A DNA stretch of 11,594 bases from Candidatus Nanohalobium sp. (GTDB lineage: Archaea > Nanohalarchaeota > Nanosalinia > Nanosalinales > Nanosalinaceae). Below the pieces are notes generated by a model. It was not told the origin of the DNA and searched no databases. It was given only the letters and a program-made list of their open reading frames with translations. A program made the translations under genes and the position numbers. This document shows, in pieces, positions 6,526 to 11,594 of the stretch (position 1 is its first letter; every line of letters begins with the position of its first letter). The stretch is from NCBI GenBank assembly GCA_042217555.1, contig JBDGSL010000065.1, positions 1 to 11,594 of the forward strand, written 5' to 3'.

Positions 6526-6537
6526 TTTTTATAAAAA
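6526..6537. promoter_or_regulatory. Palindromic TATA box TTTTTATAAAAA, probably driving the minus-strand leader transcript
   Basis: Perfect 12-bp AT palindrome about 25 nt upstream of the 5' arm of the predicted closing stem (6501). Confidence 0.55.
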
Positions 6538-6650
6538 TTCTGCTTAACAGGCCACTGTGGAGGAGTTCCACATACCTATTTAAAGATAAGAGAGGAATCT
6601 TTGCTTAGTAAGTTTTAATCCGTGAAAGTTTTTCTCGGGGATGATTTATA

Positions 6651-7298
6651 ATGGAAAATAACCAGGTTCAGACGAAACAGGACATGGACGAATTCAAAAC
6701 AGGCACGACTACAGTAGGCCTAACAACCGAAAGAGGAGTTATTCTGGCAGCTGACCGGAGAGCCTCAATGGGACGGCTCACGGCTTCGAAGTACGCCAAG
6801 AAGGTGTACAAGCTGGATGACAAGATAGGCCTTACCATCGCTGGCAGCGTAGGCGATGCACAGAAAATTATCAGAACCATGAGAAGTCAATTGAACCTGC
6901 ACAGGCTTGAAACAAAGGAGCTATCCGTTAAAGGAGCAGGAACATTACTGTCTAACATACTACATGGACACAAGGCCATGCCGTTCTTCAACCAGTTCAT
7001 CATGGGCGGAATTGAAGACGGCGAAGGAGTACTCTACGACCTGGATCCTGCAGGAGGCCTGATGAAGCACGAGAAGTTCACGGCCACAGGATCAGGAAGC
7101 CAGATGGCTTACGGAGTACTGGAGAACGACTACGAAGACGGCCTCGACCATGAAAAGGGAAGAGAGATGGCAACCAAGGCAATTCAGGCCGCAATGGAGA
7201 GAGACACGGCATCAGGAAACGGGATCATGGTTGCAGAGATTACAGAAGAAGGCTACAATGTTCTCGACGAGAAAGAAGTTGAGAGTGTTCTGCAGTAA
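6651..7298 (+). CDS. psmB: 20S proteasome beta subunit (with propeptide)
   Basis: Propeptide cleavage site KTG/TTTVG, then AADRRAS, GSVGDAQ, DPAGG, ATGSGS..AYGVLE and RDTASGNG. It lies next to aCPSF1, the conserved archaeal synteny. Confidence 0.97.
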   Translation: MENNQVQTKQDMDEFKTGTTTVGLTTERGVILAADRRASMGRLTASKYAKKVYKLDDKIGLTIAGSVGDAQKIIRTMRSQLNLHRLETKELSVKGAGTLLSNILHGHKAMPFFNQFIMGGIEDGEGVLYDLDPAGGLMKHEKFTATGSGSQMAYGVLENDYEDGLDHEKGREMATKAIQAAMERDTASGNGIMVAEITEEGYNVLDEKEVESVLQ

Positions 7299-7365
7299 AG
7301 GCCTTCTTATACCTTAACTTTTACTTTAAAGCAATTTACAGCTATTCAATGGATTTGATTTCACA

Positions 7366-9246
7366 ATGGAAGAACTAGAAGACGTAAAGGACATGCTTCC
7401 ACCGGAAGCAAATGTCGACGACATTAAATTTGAAGCATCAGATATAGTAGTGTATACAAACAGCAAAGACTTTTTCCTCGACCACTCAGACATTATCCAG
7501 GAGATAGTATCGGAGCTGAAGAAGAGAGTAGAGGTAAGGCCTTCTTCAAAACTCTTTAAAAAGCCTGAAAACGCTGAGAAAATTTTGAATGATATAGTTG
7601 GGGAAAGAAAGGATGCTGAGATTGACAATGTTATTTTCCAGCCTTCTCTAGGCAAAATGATAATTAGAACCTCTGAGCCAGGTTCGATTATAGGTAAAAA
7701 TGGTTCAGGCCTTGATGAGATAAAGAAGAAGACTCTATGGGCGCCTCAAGTTGAAAGAGTACCTTCTATCAGTTCTAAAGTAGTGGACAGGGCCCGTGAG
7801 CTAACGGTAGAGGATCCTGAGTTCCGTAAGGACTTTCTGCATGATGTCGGGAAGAAGATCCGACTTGATAAATCTGTAGGAGATGAATGGATTAGGGTCT
7901 CTGCGCTTGGAGGCTTTAGACAGGTTGGAAGAAGCTCAGTGCTTCTGCAGACCGAGGAATCAAATGTTCTGCTTGACGCCGGGATAGATCCCTCTGCGGA
8001 ATCCGGCAGTAAGGACAACTATCCTTTCCTGAATGCTCCTGAACTGGATCTCAGGGATCTGGACGCAGTGGTCCTCAGCCACGCTCACATGGATCACGTC
8101 GGTATGATTCCATATCTATACAAGATGGGTTACGACGGTCCTCTGTACACTACTAAACCAACTAGAGATCTGATGATTATGCTGACACTGGACTACATAG
8201 GCCTGGCGCACAGCGAGAACGCGAAGGCTCCTTATGACTCATCTGATATCAAGAAGGCTGTGAAGAGAACGATCACGCCGGAGTACGGGGAAGTAACTGA
8301 TATCACGCCAGATATGAGACTGACTTTGAAGAACGCAGGCCATATAATCGGTTCAAGCCTGGTACATATCCATGTAGGGGAAGGCCTCCACAACCTTCTG
8401 TATACGGGAGACTACAATTACGACTCTACAGAGATGCTGAGGCCTGCGGATACTAATTTCCAGCGTGTGGAGACTATGATTACAGAGTCAACGTACGGTG
8501 GAAGAGATGATGAGCAGACTCCGAGAGAGGAGGCGAACAAGAAGTTTCTTTCAAGGGTCAAGCAGACCTTGAACAAGGGCGGTAAAGTTATTGTTCCTGT
8601 CTTCGCGGTTGGTCGTTCACAGGAAGTTTTAGGCCTCCTGGCGGATGAGATGCAGAGAGACTACTTTGACTACAATGTCTACATTGATGGAATGATTAAT
8701 GATGTGAACGCTCTGCATACAGCCTACCCTGAGTTCCTTTCGAAGAAGGTTCAGAGCAAGGTGAACGATGAGAACTCTCCTTTCCTCATGGACAATATCG
8801 AGACTATTGGAAGCCATGAGGAGAGGAAACAGGTCTACGAGGACGACGCATCGATAATTCTGACAACCTCGGGAAGCATCACGGGAGGCCCTGTAATGTC
8901 ATATCTCCAGGAAGAGGCTCAAGACCCTGACAACACGCTGATCTTTGTCGGTTACCAGTTTGAGGGAAGCCTAGGAAGAGAGATTCAGGAAGGCGCGGAT
9001 CAGGTAGAGATCAACGGTGAAAAAGTCGATGTCAACCTGGATACTTACACAGTGTCAGGTTTCTCAGCTCACAGCGATCGACAGCAGATTATTAACTTCT
9101 CCAAGAACCTGAGAAGCACTCCTAACAAGATACTGACGAACCACGGCGAGGCCTCGAAATGCTTCTCCCTTGCAAGTGCTCTACATAAAATCCTGAATAT
9201 TGACACCTCCGCACCTCAGAACCTTGACGCTATCCGCCTTAACTAG
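7366..9246 (+). CDS. fttA: aCPSF1 / FttA: KH-domain metallo-beta-lactamase beta-CASP ribonuclease and transcription termination factor
   Basis: N-terminal KH region (PGSIIGKNG), then LGGFRQVGRS, SHAHMDH, AGHIIGS, YTGD, ESTYG, FAVGRSQE, GFSAHSD, NHGE and C-terminal APQNLDAIRL. 626 aa. Confidence 0.96.
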   Translation: MEELEDVKDMLPPEANVDDIKFEASDIVVYTNSKDFFLDHSDIIQEIVSELKKRVEVRPSSKLFKKPENAEKILNDIVGERKDAEIDNVIFQPSLGKMIIRTSEPGSIIGKNGSGLDEIKKKTLWAPQVERVPSISSKVVDRARELTVEDPEFRKDFLHDVGKKIRLDKSVGDEWIRVSALGGFRQVGRSSVLLQTEESNVLLDAGIDPSAESGSKDNYPFLNAPELDLRDLDAVVLSHAHMDHVGMIPYLYKMGYDGPLYTTKPTRDLMIMLTLDYIGLAHSENAKAPYDSSDIKKAVKRTITPEYGEVTDITPDMRLTLKNAGHIIGSSLVHIHVGEGLHNLLYTGDYNYDSTEMLRPADTNFQRVETMITESTYGGRDDEQTPREEANKKFLSRVKQTLNKGGKVIVPVFAVGRSQEVLGLLADEMQRDYFDYNVYIDGMINDVNALHTAYPEFLSKKVQSKVNDENSPFLMDNIETIGSHEERKQVYEDDASIILTTSGSITGGPVMSYLQEEAQDPDNTLIFVGYQFEGSLGREIQEGADQVEINGEKVDVNLDTYTVSGFSAHSDRQQIINFSKNLRSTPNKILTNHGEASKCFSLASALHKILNIDTSAPQNLDAIRLN

Positions 9247-9281
9247 GTGTTTTTAAATCGGTTGAAGAGTGATTAACTGTT

Positions 9282-9554
9282 ATGGTATGGGAAGTTAAAT
9301 GCGATAACTGTGGTGAAGTGATTAACTGGGGAGGCAGCGAGCCTTCAAAGTACGATGCCAGAGACGAGGACGAGATCAAGCTTGGTGACGAGGCCATAAG
9401 ATTCAACGATAACGTTTACTGCAAGGAATGTGTGAAGGAGTTCGTCAGGTTCGGTATCGGTGACGTTGAGAACCGTGTTGGCTACCTTGAAGACAGGATG
9501 GAAGAGGTTATGAAAGCAGTGGGAATGGAGAAAGGAATCAATCCTGAGGGCTAG
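9282..9554 (+). CDS. Small zinc-finger protein (CxxCG...CxxC) with a C-terminal helical/coiled-coil tail
   Basis: CDNCG and YCKEC pairs, acidic composition, and a TATA TTTTTAAA at 9250-9257 at leaderless spacing. Confidence 0.8.
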   Translation: MVWEVKCDNCGEVINWGGSEPSKYDARDEDEIKLGDEAIRFNDNVYCKECVKEFVRFGIGDVENRVGYLEDRMEEVMKAVGMEKGINPEG

Positions 9555-10315
9555 TTCAGTACTTTTTCGGTATCGTTCTCTTCCACTGTGTTATCCATCT
9601 TCAGGAGAATCCTGTTCTCAGGTAGGAACGGCGGCGGCAGAAATCTCAGGCCTACAAGCCCTAGTTCTGTCATGAATACAGGGAAAGGAACCAGTTTGCA
9701 GCTGTATCCTTCTTCCTCGTATATCTGTTTGCCGAGTTCGCCCAGAGAGATTTTTTCATCGCCAGCTACTTCCAGAACCTCGTCTTCAAAGCCGTCGGCG
9801 ACTTTCTGAAGTATTTCTACAAGTCTGTCTGACTCTATAGGCTGTGTTCTAGACGGTATATCGGGGAAGACCCTGGTGAAAGCAATGTTTCTGATTGAAT
9901 CCAGAAGTCTGTTTCCCTCTCCAAGAACGATTGAAGGCCTTACAATAGTATATTCGAGACCGGAGCTCTGGATAATTTTCTCGGCCTCCTTCTTTGTGTT
10001 GAAGTAGCTGTGATCCACTCTGTCTACGCCTAAAGCGCTTAGGTACACGATTTTCTCGGTTTCTACTCCTTCAAGAAGATTTTTTGTGCCTTGAACATGC
10101 AGTTTCTGATAATCGCTGGCAGTGTAGAAGCCTGGAGCTAATCCGATGGTGTGGTACACGACGTCAAACTTTTTCGGAATGTAGAAATCTTTCGTGATAT
10201 CGATGTGATAGTCGCCGTTGCTTCGATCAAGGTATTCGACGCTGTGGCCCTCCTCTGAAAGTCTATCCCCTATCTGCCTTCCTATAAACCCTTTACCGGC
10301 GACCAGTACTTCCAT
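9551..10315 (-). CDS. NAD(P)-binding Rossmann-fold SDR (NDUFA9/epimerase-like, atypical SDR)
   Basis: MEVLVAGKGFIG nucleotide-binding loop, VYHTIG, HVQGTKNLL, YLSALG, YFNTK (YxxxK) and IVRPSIVLG. ATG 10315 is preferred over the ORF-track start at 10336 because a TATA-like CTTATTAA lies about 25-30 nt upstream. Confidence 0.9.
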   Translation of the reverse strand: MEVLVAGKGFIGRQIGDRLSEEGHSVEYLDRSNGDYHIDITKDFYIPKKFDVVYHTIGLAPGFYTASDYQKLHVQGTKNLLEGVETEKIVYLSALGVDRVDHSYFNTKKEAEKIIQSSGLEYTIVRPSIVLGEGNRLLDSIRNIAFTRVFPDIPSRTQPIESDRLVEILQKVADGFEDEVLEVAGDEKISLGELGKQIYEEEGYSCKLVPFPVFMTELGLVGLRFLPPPFLPENRILLKMDNTVEENDTEKVLN

Positions 10316-10395
10316 AAAAAACTGTTTAAGTAGCAACCATTAATAAGCCCTGCCGGGATGAAAGATTATTAACCACCGTAGAGAAAGAATAGTAC

Positions 10396-10887
10396 ATGGA
10401 TCTGGATAACTCAGCTCTAGCGTACCAGGTTTTCCGCTACACTTTTCTAGATGAGGAAAGCTACAGCGTGCAGATGGAGTTAAAACATGGATTGGACGAG
10501 GAAAAGGCAGAACAGATAATTCTCAAGGCTTCAGAAGAAGGCCTTCTTGACGTTGTCCAGGACTCGGATCCTCAGGAGTACAGCGTTGATTTCGATGCAC
10601 TGATTGACAGATTCTACGTGTACTGGGAGGATGAAGTCGAAGAACTGGATACACCTGTAAATATTGATAGCTTTCTCAAGGGATACATGAAGTCTTACTT
10701 TAGAGCAGAGGAGAATTCCTCGCTACGGCAGATGCTGGTAAGAGATCTTTACCTTGGCCTCAACAAGGTAGATGCTTCGAGAGGGCTTCCTCGTGGGCTA
10801 GAGGGAATGCATGAAGATATGAGAGATAAGTACGAGCATCCGACCCGGTACAGTGATTACGTACAGAAAGGCCTCGACAACTCCTAG
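10396..10887 (+). CDS. Hypothetical acidic protein, possibly with a degenerate winged-helix N-terminal domain
   Basis: 163-aa acidic ORF with a TATA-like ATTATTAA about 25-30 nt upstream. The segment AEQIILKASEEGLLDVVQDSDPQEYSV resembles a wHTH recognition helix plus wing. Confidence 0.75.
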   Translation: MDLDNSALAYQVFRYTFLDEESYSVQMELKHGLDEEKAEQIILKASEEGLLDVVQDSDPQEYSVDFDALIDRFYVYWEDEVEELDTPVNIDSFLKGYMKSYFRAEENSSLRQMLVRDLYLGLNKVDASRGLPRGLEGMHEDMRDKYEHPTRYSDYVQKGLDNS

Positions 10888-10893
10888 AGAAAT

Positions 10894-10935
10894 GTGCATG
10901 ATTTTTACATTTAATTGCACAAACAAGTGTTTGTG
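10894..10935. promoter_or_regulatory. Operator-like inverted repeats over the regulator promoter
   Basis: GTGCA-N17-TGCAC (10894-10920) brackets the TATA-like TTTTTACATTTAA. It overlaps a perfect CACAAACA-AG-TGTTTGTG palindrome (10918-10935). Confidence 0.55.
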
Positions 10936-11262
10936 AAGTGTCCTGGCGAGATAAAGGAGTTGTTGAATGTCCTCTACAATCTTTCTGGAGCAGAGTCGCA
11001 GGTTATCTACTATCTCTGTGAGGAAGAGGCCAGGGCCTCAGAACTTGCTGATTTCTTCGGCAAGGATCGATCCACAGTCCAGAGATATCTTTCGAAACTC
11101 CGGAGTACCGGGCTCGTTGAGCGCGAAAGCGTCGTTGAGACAGGTAAGAGAGGGCGTTACTACGTTTACCGTGTGCCCGACAAAGAGGATATGAAGAGGA
11201 AGATAAAAGAGAGAATGGACAACTGGGAGGAGGACAAGTTCAAGGTTCTAAACCAGCTCTAA
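10915..11262 (+). CDS. Stand-alone TrmB-like winged-HTH transcriptional regulator (COG3355-like); true start may be GTG 10927 or 10933
   Basis: LS.AE..V..YL...ASELA..FGKDRSTVQRYLSKL...GLVERE...GRYYVY wHTH followed by a C-terminal dimerisation helix (MKRKIKERMDNW). Two Cys lie in the N-terminal part. Confidence 0.88.
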   Translation: MHKQVFVKCPGEIKELLNVLYNLSGAESQVIYYLCEEEARASELADFFGKDRSTVQRYLSKLRSTGLVERESVVETGKRGRYYVYRVPDKEDMKRKIKERMDNWEEDKFKVLNQL

Positions 11263-11269
11263 CCCAAGA

Positions 11270-11296
11270 GTGTATAAAAGTTCAACATTATTACAC
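11270..11296. promoter_or_regulatory. Second copy of the GTGYA-N17-TRCAC inverted repeat overlapping the glutaredoxin TATA box
   Basis: GTGTA (11270-11274)-N17-TACAC (11292-11296), with TATAAAA at 11273-11279, about 25 nt before ATG 11302. Confidence 0.55.
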
Positions 11297-11301
11297 AGAT
11301 T

Positions 11302-11574
11302 ATGACTGAGATCGAAGTATTCACAACACCTACATGTCCGTACTGTGCGAAAGTCAAACAGTGGCTTGAAGAAAACAACTACGAATACACCGAAATCAAT
11401 GTAGCCGAAGACCAGGAAGAGGCCCGCAGAATGATAATGAGAACGGGACAGAGAGGAGTTCCCCAAACCTTTGTCGGCGACCAAGAGATAATCGGTTTCC
11501 AGCCAGGAAAGATAAAGGAAGCCATAGAGGAAGAAGGATCAGAGGCCTCCACATCCGAGAAAGAAGCTGCGTAG
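11302..11574 (+). CDS. Glutaredoxin-like protein (NrdH-redoxin/YruB-like)
   Basis: CPYC active site (FTTPTCPYC), cis-Pro loop GQRGVPQTFVG, IIGF, and an acidic tail. Confidence 0.93.
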   Translation: MTEIEVFTTPTCPYCAKVKQWLEENNYEYTEINVAEDQEEARRMIMRTGQRGVPQTFVGDQEIIGFQPGKIKEAIEEEGSEASTSEKEAA

Positions 11575-11585
11575 GGTGGAGAAAA

Positions 11586-11594
11586 ATGGATAGA
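11586..11594 (+). CDS. Probable start of the next gene (truncated by the window end)
   Basis: ATG 11586 is preceded by an SD-like GGTGGAG, 11 nt after the glutaredoxin stop. Only three codons (MDR) are visible. Confidence 0.4.

Noticed and set aside
1..11594. CRISPR array, tRNA/rRNA genes, integrase or transposase
   Set aside because: No regularly spaced repeats, no tRNA cloverleaf with a T-loop consensus, no rRNA signature and no recombinase or transposase motifs were seen.

Overview
This is a compact archaeal window with a strongly acidic (halophile-type) proteome, short intergenic spaces and mostly leaderless genes. It is most consistent with a Nanohaloarchaeota-like genome (inference). 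Gene order: 3' end of archaeal-type prolyl-tRNA synthetase; a chimeric junction joining a short Nudix-like 5' fragment out of frame to the 3' half of an MtaD/SsnA-type amidohydrolase; a small membrane protein; DEAD-box helicase (-); M20 metallopeptidase (-); two acidic hypothetical proteins; an acidic GNAT-like protein (-) with a ~290-nt, highly structured upstream region and an out-of-frame SD-led uORF; proteasome beta subunit; aCPSF1/FttA; a small zinc-finger protein; an NAD(P)-binding SDR (-); a probable wHTH protein; a stand-alone TrmB-like regulator; and a CPYC glutaredoxin-like protein. The most notable observations are: (1) a candidate novel multi-hairpin cis-regulatory RNA or ncRNA at about 6250-6505 (-); (2) about 9-fold over-representation of the palindrome AGGCCT in all reading frames (HIP1-like); (3) a shared GTGYA-N17-TRCAC operator over the regulator and glutaredoxin promoters; (4) an in-frame, synonymously diverged 60-nt duplicate of the proS 3' end next to the deletion junction.
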